DNA of 60,117 nt, the filler included. It is 2 parts of 2 records of this genome, joined end to end, with 100 filler letters (N's around TTAATTAATTAA, not from the genome) between each part and the next. Parts side by side here need not be neighbours in the genome. Positions count along the whole stretch, not along the records: positions 1 to 28,998 come from DRR723986_13277; 1 more part is not named here. One strand, written 5' to 3'. Below the pieces are notes generated by a model. The model saw only the letters and a list, made by a program, of their open reading frames with translations. It did no database searches and was not told where the DNA came from. Positions 10,512-18,989 of the stretch are shown in pieces. How positions within the stretch are numbered: position 1 is the stretch's first letter; the number at the start of each line of letters is the position of its first letter. A program made the translations under genes and the position numbers.

Positions 10512-11262
10512 TAGTTTTATTAAGTCTTCTTAATTCTTTGTACTTGACAATATTTGAAAGTCCTGATATTTGAGCGATTTTAAAGCCCATCCATCCGTCT
10601 AAAAACCCCAAATTTAATACGTACATAGTAATGAACCTTCCTATGCATGAAATATAAGGCTTTAAGGGCCCTACTTTCTTCCCTTCTTTATTTAATTTTT
10701 GTGCAGTTAACAAGGAATACTTATCGGCTCTTTCTCTGTGATCTTTATAGTCGTAATACGAATAATGATTCAGGTGTCCTGGCAATTCAATTTGCTGAAT
10801 CTTCTCAGAAAATTCAAGCTCTTCATGCACATATTCACCAGTCCATTTCGTTTTAGATTTCGGAAAAATTCTAACCTTTTTATCTGGGTACCAAGTGGAA
10901 TGCTTAATCCATTTACCACAGTAATTGGTGAGACGATTCACTATGTACAGGTCTCTGAATCCCTCTTTCTTTAACTTTAAAATGGCCGATTCAAGTTCTT
11001 GATCAACTTCCTCATCCGCATCAATTGAAAAAATCCATTCATGACTGGCTTGTGAGTTGGCAAAATTTTTAGTGGCCGCGTAGCCCTGCCATTTTTCTTG
11101 AATGAAATTGACCTGATGTTCGTTACAAATTTGAGCTGTACGATCTGTAGAAAAACTATCTACCACAATCACCTCATCTGCTAGGGACTTAACAGAGGTC
11201 AAGAGTCGTCCAATGTTACGCTCTTCATTTAATGTAATAATAACAACAGATAGTTTATCCAC
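10504..11262 (-). CDS. glycosyltransferase family 2 (WaaE/KdtX-like)
   Basis: SVVIITLNEE, VVDSFSTDRT, SIDADE, VHE, GFLDG motifs; GTG start. Confidence 0.9.
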   Translation of the reverse strand: MDKLSVVIITLNEERNIGRLLTSVKSLADEVIVVDSFSTDRTAQICNEHQVNFIQEKWQGYAATKNFANSQASHEWIFSIDADEEVDQELESAILKLKKEGFRDLYIVNRLTNYCGKWIKHSTWYPDKKVRIFPKSKTKWTGEYVHEELEFSEKIQQIELPGHLNHYSYYDYKDHRERADKYSLLTAQKLNKEGKKVGPLKPYISCIGRFITMYVLNLGFLDGWMGFKIAQISGLSNIVKYKELRRLNKTNG

Positions 11263-11360
11263 TTGATAAAAGTATAGAATCTAATTAACGAATAAAGCTG
11301 CTGTTTATTTAGTTTTTATCAGAAAGGTGTTGATGGATGTTAACCTTTTCTTTATTTAGC

Positions 11361-11570
11361 TTGTACTTTTGGCATTGATCCAAAAGTACGAAAAGATCTA
11401 GCTGAAGGCTCTGCGTCCGTCAACCACATTCTCGCTTCACATAAATCTTTCAAAAAATAAGCTCGGCTGGATGATTTCCTTCATTCCATTTCGGAACTTT
11501 CCAGTCTCTCTAATCATTCGATTCAATTTATGATTGCTCCGAAGAATGGTGTTCATACCCAAAGGCTTAA
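11361..11570 (+). repeat. structured intergenic element (MITE-like repeat or ncRNA)
   Basis: GTACTTTTGG/CCAAAAGTAC stem plus downstream A-run, then nested long-range stems (ATTCT..CATAAAT / ATTTATG..AGAAT; GGCTGGA / TCCAGTC). Confidence 0.45.
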
Positions 11571-11599
11571 ATTGGATTCTGAGTTTATAAAACAACAAA

Positions 11600-13369
11600 T
11601 TACATGTATTCATCAGAATAGTATGCGGTGTATTTTAAGTTTCTGAATTGGACCTGTTCGTTTGCTCCAGCGTTCCAGAAAAACACTTTCATGTACTCTT
11701 CAAATTCTTGATTGGGTTCGTAGAGGAATTCCATTTTTACCCATTGATTTTCTTCAATATAATCCTTGATAAAGAAAGCCGTACTGACTTCTTCACCAGT
11801 GGATTTGGATTTTAAGATGAGTGCAGCACGTGTTTCAACAACTGCCGTCAAGGCCTTTGCCTCAAAAGAAAGTATAACCTTAGACCCTAACTTTAAAGGT
11901 TGAATGTTTTCAAATGATGTTGCAGAATAATGCTGGTTTTGATTCACACTGGTAATCCAATTTGTGTTATCTACCACTTCAAAAGGACCTGTCTCAGGCA
12001 TGAGCTTGGTAAAGCTAATTTTCTCAATCAATTGCCAATGATCTTTTGGGTAAACTACGGCTTTTCTCTTCATGACTAGGAAATTGTCCCAGTATTGTTC
12101 TGCTGTGGCAGATCCGTTCTTAATAATTCCATTTTTAATCTGATAGGCTTGGGCAACATTAAAAAGGGCAAGAACTGTGAATGTAGACATCAGGCCATAG
12201 CGGAAGAGTGGTTTTGTCCAAATCGACTTAATAATTAAGGCCAGTAAAAATGCCATTAGCAAATAATGATCAATCATTACTCTTTGCGACATCCCTGCAC
12301 CATAATACCAGCACCACCAGCTACTAAACACATAAATGCATGTTAGATAGAACAATACAGCAATGGCAAATTGCTTTTTATTTTCCTTGAAGAGTAAAAT
12401 CAATCCAAGAATGAGAATGGGTATAACAATCGGTGTATAGGTCATCCACCCTTTCGTATAAGAAAATAAGAAGGAGGCAAAATAAGGATCTGCAAAATTG
12501 AAGCCCTCTTCACCGTATGAATAGACCACCCAGTGACCGGTTTGAACTTTCCACAAAACAAAAGGAAGCGCCATAATAGGAAGTGCGATTAATAAAAACT
12601 TCCATATCTGTTTACTGAATAGTGATTTTAGGATGGATAGGTAAAAATCTTTAGAGGGAAAAAAGAACGCAATCAGGCCTAATACAAGAATATTGGTTGG
12701 TCGTGTGATTCCGATTAAAGCCAATAATCCAACGGCTATTAACAGCCACTTGATTTTTGCATCTGATTTATAGTTAAGCAAGCATAGAATTAGGCCATTA
12801 ATCATGAAGAAATTATGGATATGCGTTACAGATTGATCATAAACCGTATAAAAGAAGATATTTGTGCCAAAAACAATCAAAAAAACGCAAAAAAGGGCTG
12901 TTTTTGTCGAAAAATGTAATTTTTCAAGCACTTTTCGCATAAAAACCAATCCAAAAAAGAGATAAACGTAGAGCCCAATGATAAACCAAATTTGATAGCT
13001 ACTTGAAAAGCCATCAGCGGGCTTGTTGAAAATCAAAGCTGTTAAATGACCCGCAATGAAGAAAGGGCTGTAGAGTATGGTGACTCCAGGAAATGTTTTA
13101 TTTACTTTCTCTCCATCTTCTAATTCAATCACAAAGTCTTTGATGGCACCTTCTGCATAATGTGGCTTACCCTTGGTTTCAATAAACTGATAATCGAAAT
13201 CTTGATAAATGAAAATTGCCGGAAGATAGGCATAGTAGGCTTGGGCATCCCCCGCTATCGGCCGCTCATAAGGACTTGTAAAATCTTTGGAAAATAGATG
13301 AAAAACGAACAGCAAGGTGACAAGAACCAATATGACTTGTTGCTGTTTTATAAATTTTATCATCCCCAA
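11600..13369 (-). CDS. multi-pass membrane protein, probable GT-C-fold glycosyltransferase, with soluble C-terminal domain
   Basis: GDAQAYYAYLP after the first TM helix, ~11 TM segments, RPTN and SWWCWYYGAGMSQR motifs; upstream of GT2/GT9 genes. Confidence 0.65.
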   Translation of the reverse strand: MGMIKFIKQQQVILVLVTLLFVFHLFSKDFTSPYERPIAGDAQAYYAYLPAIFIYQDFDYQFIETKGKPHYAEGAIKDFVIELEDGEKVNKTFPGVTILYSPFFIAGHLTALIFNKPADGFSSSYQIWFIIGLYVYLFFGLVFMRKVLEKLHFSTKTALFCVFLIVFGTNIFFYTVYDQSVTHIHNFFMINGLILCLLNYKSDAKIKWLLIAVGLLALIGITRPTNILVLGLIAFFFPSKDFYLSILKSLFSKQIWKFLLIALPIMALPFVLWKVQTGHWVVYSYGEEGFNFADPYFASFLFSYTKGWMTYTPIVIPILILGLILLFKENKKQFAIAVLFYLTCIYVFSSWWCWYYGAGMSQRVMIDHYLLMAFLLALIIKSIWTKPLFRYGLMSTFTVLALFNVAQAYQIKNGIIKNGSATAEQYWDNFLVMKRKAVVYPKDHWQLIEKISFTKLMPETGPFEVVDNTNWITSVNQNQHYSATSFENIQPLKLGSKVILSFEAKALTAVVETRAALILKSKSTGEEVSTAFFIKDYIEENQWVKMEFLYEPNQEFEEYMKVFFWNAGANEQVQFRNLKYTAYYSDEYM

Positions 13370-14049
13370 TTTCTTAATCGATCATCAAAATAGATGTTTT
13401 TTGCATCTAATTGCTCGATAAGTGCTACTTTAAATTTAGGGATTTCTGATTTTTCGAGAACTGAAGTCGGTAAAAATAAAACCAAATCACCTTTATATTT
13501 AAAACTGATTAAATCAGACTGATGTAATTCTACGCGTTGCAAGCCTTCGTAGTAGAATAATTTCATTTCACGAGCAAAATAGCCTATCACCTTATCATTT
13601 AATCCAATTCTAAATGAATCACCTTTGGCTTTGATAGCGACAACAAAAATTAGAGATTCTACGATTAAAATAATCAGCACCAAAATGATGGCCACCATCA
13701 AATTTGATTCAAGTACCCACAACCGAATAAACAGTGTTAAGGCGCCGGCCATGAACAAAGTTTCAAGCATGGTATAGTTCATTGCTCGTTTAGAAAACGT
13801 TTTAGAAATTTTACTCTCATAATTGAATTGAGAAAAAGCTTTCATGTCTTTAATTCCTTGCCAACGGGCCTTTACACGCAACAAGCCTATTAAAAAAATC
13901 AGAAAGGCAATACCCGTCATGATTTCATATTTGTAAGGCATGGCCTTTAGATGAATATTTGAAATGGCTAAATCAAAAACAATGGTCAGAGCCATCATGG
14001 TGAAGATGGCCAGAAGCAACATAGAAAAAATGTTTACTGCTTTATTCAT
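13360..14049 (-). CDS. hypothetical membrane protein (4 TM)
   Basis: ORF 13360..14115; ATG at 14049 overlapping the upstream stop is the more plausible start. Confidence 0.7.
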   Translation of the reverse strand: MNKAVNIFSMLLLAIFTMMALTIVFDLAISNIHLKAMPYKYEIMTGIAFLIFLIGLLRVKARWQGIKDMKAFSQFNYESKISKTFSKRAMNYTMLETLFMAGALTLFIRLWVLESNLMVAIILVLIILIVESLIFVVAIKAKGDSFRIGLNDKVIGYFAREMKLFYYEGLQRVELHQSDLISFKYKGDLVLFLPTSVLEKSEIPKFKVALIEQLDAKNIYFDDRLRNWG

Positions 14050-15811
14050 CAGCTGTTTCCTCAGTTGTTTCTGTTTCGCTTTCAGCAGCCTCTTTATTGG
14101 CTGCATTTTCAGCAATGTTGATCATTTTTAGTTGAGTTTTTAAGGCGTCAATTTCGCTCTTATTTTTAGCAATGCTCTCGTTTACACTTTTGAACAAAGG
14201 ATTGCTTTCGTCAGCATTGGCAAAAAACGCCATATTGGTCTCATATTTCGCAATTTCTGCGTTCAGTTTTCCAATTTTAGAACGAATAAAGCTTCTTTCT
14301 TTATCTAAATTATGTTCTTGGTTTTTACCGCCGAGTAATGAGTTCAGTTTTGATTCGAACATCATCTTGTCCTTCTCCTCTTTGTCCATTTCGATAGCAT
14401 CATACTTTTCGTCTAGAACAGCCTTGTAAGCCTTATATACTCTATCTTTTTCTTTAAAAGGAACGTTGCCAATTTGAGCAAACTTTGCCGAGAACTCTTT
14501 TAGATCAGCTACTGCTTTTTTCACGTCTTTACCCACCTTGTATTTGGTAATCTCAGCAATTACGGCCTCTTTGGCTGCTAAATTGGCTTTGCCATCAGCA
14601 TCTGCCTTTTCAAAATGACCGTCTTTTGCAGCGAAGAAAAAATCAATATGCTCTCTGAATTTTTTCCAGAGCTTGTTTTCATACTTCGGGCCAGCAGAAC
14701 CTGCCTCTTTCCAACGTTTCTGAATCGCAACAATTTTTTGCGTTGTTCCTTTCCAATCTGTTGATTCTCTTAAGGCCTCAACTTCAGCTATCAACTGCTC
14801 TTTCTTCTCCTTAACACCATCAAAGGCTGAATTCTTTTCTCCGTAAAACTCCTTTTTACGCCCGAAAAAATCATTACAAATTCCTCTAAACTCTTTCCAA
14901 ACAGCATTATTCTCTTCCTTCGGCCCAAAACCTATCGTTTTCCATTCTTCTTGAATCGCTATAATCTCTTCAGTTGCTTTTTGCCAATGTTTATGGCTCT
15001 CAATTTCTTTGGCGGCAATTTCACTTACTTTTTCTATAAGCGCCTTCTTTTTCTCTATGTTTTCAGCTCGCTCTTCTCTTCTTTCTTGATAAAACTTGTG
15101 AACCTTCTCATAAATAGCATTTACGGTTCCCCAGTATTCATCTTTTATCTCATCCCAATCTTTTTGATGTGTGCCTCCAATATTATTCCATTCATCTTGA
15201 TAGGCGTGTAGCTTTTCCTCAACTTCTTTGATTTTTTCTAGCCTCAACAATCCTTTCAACTGTTCGATTAAATCTTTCTTCAGTTTAAGATTTCGATTCA
15301 AGTCATGATCCTTGATATCCTTATAGATATTGATGTTATACCTGAAGCTCTCCACCAAACTAGAAAACTCTTTTTGAATGGCTTGCCTTTTATCTCTTGG
15401 GATTGGTCCTGCTTCTTTCCAACTCTCTTGAATATCGTTTAGACGCCCAATCGCTCTTCCAATATTTTCTTCATTCTGGATGAGATCTGCTAAAGCAGCG
15501 ATTAACGCCTTCTTTTTCTCAAGGTTTGCTTTCTCCGCATCTTTTTGAGCTGTTACCTCAATTTTTTTCTTGTCTTTAAACAATTGAGATAATCGCTTAA
15601 ATTCTGCAACATACTCAAATTCAGGCGTGCCTATTTCTTCAGCAGTTTCACCGGCTTCAATTCGTTCTAATTTTCTGATTTCCCATTGACGCTCAACTTC
15701 ATCTTGAATTTTATAAAACTCGGTGGTCAATTCGTTAAACTCATTAACATCATTAATAACGGTGTCTTGATGTGCTAATTCGTTCAGTCTAGCTACAATT
15801 TCAGCCTTCAT
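14042..15811 (-). CDS. DUF349-domain protein
   Basis: Repeated helical modules WKEAGPIP / WKTIGFGP / WKEAGSAG ..W..FR...FF. Confidence 0.9.
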   Translation of the reverse strand: MKAEIVARLNELAHQDTVINDVNEFNELTTEFYKIQDEVERQWEIRKLERIEAGETAEEIGTPEFEYVAEFKRLSQLFKDKKKIEVTAQKDAEKANLEKKKALIAALADLIQNEENIGRAIGRLNDIQESWKEAGPIPRDKRQAIQKEFSSLVESFRYNINIYKDIKDHDLNRNLKLKKDLIEQLKGLLRLEKIKEVEEKLHAYQDEWNNIGGTHQKDWDEIKDEYWGTVNAIYEKVHKFYQERREERAENIEKKKALIEKVSEIAAKEIESHKHWQKATEEIIAIQEEWKTIGFGPKEENNAVWKEFRGICNDFFGRKKEFYGEKNSAFDGVKEKKEQLIAEVEALRESTDWKGTTQKIVAIQKRWKEAGSAGPKYENKLWKKFREHIDFFFAAKDGHFEKADADGKANLAAKEAVIAEITKYKVGKDVKKAVADLKEFSAKFAQIGNVPFKEKDRVYKAYKAVLDEKYDAIEMDKEEKDKMMFESKLNSLLGGKNQEHNLDKERSFIRSKIGKLNAEIAKYETNMAFFANADESNPLFKSVNESIAKNKSEIDALKTQLKMINIAENAANKEAAESETETTEETADE

Positions 15812-15832
15812 AAGCGTTGGGAATAAATAAAA

Positions 15833-16759
15833 TTAAATAACAGTTTCCATGTTGAAGTTGGTCAACTTCACGAATTCGTTGATTCTGTTGTCAATATCTG
15901 ATTGAGTTAAATTCATTAAAGCCTCAGTACCGAATTTTTCAACACAAAAAGAAGCCATAGCCGAACCAGCAACCACTGCACTTTTCATATTCTCGAAAGA
16001 AATGTCTCCTGATTTTGCAATGTATCCGATAAATCCACCAGCAAAAGTATCACCTGCACCGGTTGGATCAAACACTGATTCTAATGGTAATGCAGGCGCA
16101 AAGAAAACTGAATCGTGATCAAACAATAATGCTCCGTGCTCACCTTTCTTGATGATCAAATATTTTGGACCCATGGCCATAATCTTTTTAGCGGCAGTTA
16201 CCAATGAATACTCGCCAGACATTTGTCTTGCCTCTTCATCATTAATAATTAACACGTCTACTAATTTGACAGTTTCCATTAAATCATCCCAAGCAATATC
16301 CATCCAAAAATTCATGGTGTCCATTGCGATTAATTTAGGACGAGTTTCTAAACGCTCTATCACTTGTCTTTGAACTGCAGGGGCCAAATTTCCTAGCATC
16401 AAAAACTCAACTCCTTGATAAGAAGCTGGTACAATTGGGTCAAAGTTTTCTAAGACATTTAGTTCTGTAACTAAGGTGTCTCTTGAATTCATATCGTTGT
16501 GATATTTTCCAGACCAGAAGAATGTTTTTTCTCCTTGTTTGATTTGAATTCCTTCAATATCGATTCCTCTCGATTTAAGATCATTCAATGTTTCGTCCGG
16601 GAAATCTTCTCCTACTACTGAAACGATTTTTTGATCGTTAGTGAAATATGCTGACGAGATCGCAATGTATGTTCCTGCTCCCCCAATTATCTTGTCTGTT
16701 TTACCAAATGGTGTTTCAATTGCGTCAAATGCAACGCTTCCTACAGTTAATAAACTCAT
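15833..16759 (-). CDS. PfkB/ribokinase-family carbohydrate kinase
   Basis: GSVAFD, GGAG, DPTGAGDTFAGG signature. Confidence 0.92.
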   Translation of the reverse strand: MSLLTVGSVAFDAIETPFGKTDKIIGGAGTYIAISSAYFTNDQKIVSVVGEDFPDETLNDLKSRGIDIEGIQIKQGEKTFFWSGKYHNDMNSRDTLVTELNVLENFDPIVPASYQGVEFLMLGNLAPAVQRQVIERLETRPKLIAMDTMNFWMDIAWDDLMETVKLVDVLIINDEEARQMSGEYSLVTAAKKIMAMGPKYLIIKKGEHGALLFDHDSVFFAPALPLESVFDPTGAGDTFAGGFIGYIAKSGDISFENMKSAVVAGSAMASFCVEKFGTEALMNLTQSDIDNRINEFVKLTNFNMETVI

Positions 16760-16781
16760 TCTTTGTTTTTTAAATCAGCTA

Positions 16782-16789
16782 CAAATATA
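16782..16789 (-). promoter_or_regulatory. Bacteroidota housekeeping -7 promoter element (TAnnTTTG)
   Basis: TATATTTG on the minus strand ~22 nt upstream of the pfkB start; similar TACCTTTG elements precede ygiQ-like and purN genes. Confidence 0.6.
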
Positions 16790-16800
16790 CGGGCTTTGAA

Positions 16801-16835
16801 GCAATTGACAATTGTCATTTAGCAATTATCAATTA
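16801..16835. repeat. degenerate heptamer tandem repeat (5 copies)
   Basis: GCAATTG ACAATTG TCATTTA GCAATTA TCAATTA in the divergent promoter region. Confidence 0.55.
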
Positions 16836-16875
16836 ATTCAGATATCCCTATATTCGTTTGGCTTAAATAAATCAA

Positions 16876-17229
16876 ATGAATATTGAAGAATACAGAGAAT
16901 ATTGTTTAGCTAAAAAAGGTGTGACAGAGGAAACACCATTTGGGCCAGACGTGTTAGTTTTTAAAGTAATGGGAAAAATGTTTGCCCTTTGCGATATCGA
17001 AAAATTTGAAAGCATTAACTTGAAATGTGATCCGGAATTGGCCTTGGATTTAAGAGAAAAATATGCGGCTGTCATTCCGGGATATCACATGAATAAACAG
17101 CACTGGAATACCGTTGTTGTTAATGATGATGCCCCAGATGATTTAATTTATTCTTGGATTGATGATTCATACGGTTTAATTGTTGCTTCATTGACAAAAA
17201 AGTTGAAAGCAGAGTTGGCGGATTTATAA
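16876..17229 (+). CDS. MmcQ/YjbR family protein
   Basis: PFGPDVLVFKVMGKMFA, NLKCDP, PGYHMNKQHWNTV. Confidence 0.92.
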   Translation: MNIEEYREYCLAKKGVTEETPFGPDVLVFKVMGKMFALCDIEKFESINLKCDPELALDLREKYAAVIPGYHMNKQHWNTVVVNDDAPDDLIYSWIDDSYGLIVASLTKKLKAELADL

Positions 17230-17753
17230 TGAATAAATCACCTCATATACAATTAAGACCTCTTGAATTAAAAGATGCTGGAATTCTTGAAAAGTGGGAT
17301 AATGAACCACATGTTAAAGAGTCTGGTTGGGATGTTGATTGGGATTGGGAAGAAGAAATTTCTACCAAATATAATTGGCGTTGGATGTTTATGGCCGAGC
17401 TCAATGACGCTCCTTTAGGTTGCATTCAGATAATTGATCCTAAAAAAGAAATTACTCAATATTGGGGTGAGGTTGCTGAAAATTTAAGAGCCTTGGATAT
17501 TTGGATAGGTGATGCCTCTAACTTAGGTCAAGGATACGGCACAATAATGATGAAATTAGCCATAGGTTTTTGCTTTCAGAATGAAAAAGTAGAAGGTGTT
17601 TTAATTGATCCGCTAATTACTAATCACAAGGCAATTCGGTTTTATGAAAAGTTGGGTTTCGAGTTTGTAGAAGAACGTTTTTTTGGAGAAGAAGGTGAAC
17701 AAGATCACTGCAAGGTGTATTTTATTAGTCGTGATAAATGGGTTGAAAGTTAA
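17229..17753 (+). CDS. GNAT acetyltransferase, AAC(6')-like
   Basis: WDNEPHV, ALDIWIG..LGQGYGT, IDPLITNHKAIRFYEKLGF. Confidence 0.85.
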   Translation: MNKSPHIQLRPLELKDAGILEKWDNEPHVKESGWDVDWDWEEEISTKYNWRWMFMAELNDAPLGCIQIIDPKKEITQYWGEVAENLRALDIWIGDASNLGQGYGTIMMKLAIGFCFQNEKVEGVLIDPLITNHKAIRFYEKLGFEFVEERFFGEEGEQDHCKVYFISRDKWVES

Positions 17754-18119
17754 ATGGCAAGAATCGATAAATATCTCTGGGCAGTTCGCCTCTTCAAAAC
17801 CAGAAGCATGGCTGCTAACCAAGTCAAGTTAGGCAAAGTTTTGATAGATGGTAAAGAGGTAAAGTCTTCGAAGAATTTGAAAGTTGGAGAGCAGTTTTCC
17901 GTCAAGAAAAACACCGCTATTTTTACTTATGAAGTTGTTGAATTGCTAGAAAAACGTGTGGGAGCAAAACTGGTAGAGAATTATTTGAAAGACCTGACAC
18001 CACTTGAAGAAATTGAAAAATACAAGGCCTATCAAGCTGCACAAAGTCAATATCGTCAATCTGGATTTGGAAAACCCACCAAAAAAGATCGAAGAAAAAT
18101 CAACAAATTTTTAGAATGA
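17754..18119 (+). CDS. hslR: S4-domain ribosome-associated heat shock protein Hsp15
   Basis: RIDKYLWAVRLFKTRS and C-terminal GKPTKKDRR. Confidence 0.88.
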   Translation: MARIDKYLWAVRLFKTRSMAANQVKLGKVLIDGKEVKSSKNLKVGEQFSVKKNTAIFTYEVVELLEKRVGAKLVENYLKDLTPLEEIEKYKAYQAAQSQYRQSGFGKPTKKDRRKINKFLE

Positions 18120-18155
18120 TTAAGTTTATACTTTAACACCGTAGCTGAAAAGAAC

Positions 18156-18989
18156 ATGAAATTATCATCCATCTTAATTCTCCCGATTCTAATAATCGTT
18201 TCCTGTACTGGTAACGAAAGTGAAGAACATACACAACAAATTAACGAAACTTCAGACAGTCTTGATGTAGATTCAAGCCTTGTAGACACCTTAATTATCA
18301 TTAAACAAAGCGATTTAAGAGAAGAAATTGATGTGTCAAAACTACTGGCTAAATCAAACCAATCATTCGAATTACCCTTACTAATTGACTCAACTTTCAT
18401 TGAAAAGTATGCTCTGCAAGGCGAAGAAGCGGAATACAATTTAACCTATCCTGAAGCGAAATATTTAGGTTTTGAATTTCCTGACGGAGATTTAGTGTCA
18501 GGAGGATCTTGGCGTATCAACACCTTTATAAAAATTGATTCTATGAAATCTATTGGTGCATATGAAGAATATTTAGAAAGCCTTGATTTAGGACAGGCCA
18601 GATATTGTATCGGACAAGTTATTGGAAGTCTTGCAATTAATTCTCAATCTCAAATGCTGATTTGGAATCTTGATTACGCTACCTATGAAGCTTGCCCATA
18701 TGGATACGGCACCTATGTGTTTGGAACAATCTTTACAAATGATGTAGGTACTAACACCTGTTTATTGGCTGAAGAGTCTGGGGGTGGGGATCCACCTTCA
18801 TGGGGAAAAGGATACATGCAAACGGAAATCTCTGACACTACCGTTACAGTTTTCAGTATTGACTCATGGGGAGAATACGGAGATGATGGTGAAGATGACA
18901 TTGTGGAAAAGCAAGAAAGAACAGAGATTTTATCTATCGGATCTCATGGCTTCGTAATGGTTAAAAAAGGTGGAGGTTACGAATATTGA
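18156..18989 (+). CDS. hypothetical acidic lipoprotein
   Basis: Lipobox IVSC; long ORF in operon orientation. Confidence 0.7.
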   Translation: MKLSSILILPILIIVSCTGNESEEHTQQINETSDSLDVDSSLVDTLIIIKQSDLREEIDVSKLLAKSNQSFELPLLIDSTFIEKYALQGEEAEYNLTYPEAKYLGFEFPDGDLVSGGSWRINTFIKIDSMKSIGAYEEYLESLDLGQARYCIGQVIGSLAINSQSQMLIWNLDYATYEACPYGYGTYVFGTIFTNDVGTNTCLLAEESGGGDPPSWGKGYMQTEISDTTVTVFSIDSWGEYGDDGEDDIVEKQERTEILSIGSHGFVMVKKGGGYEY

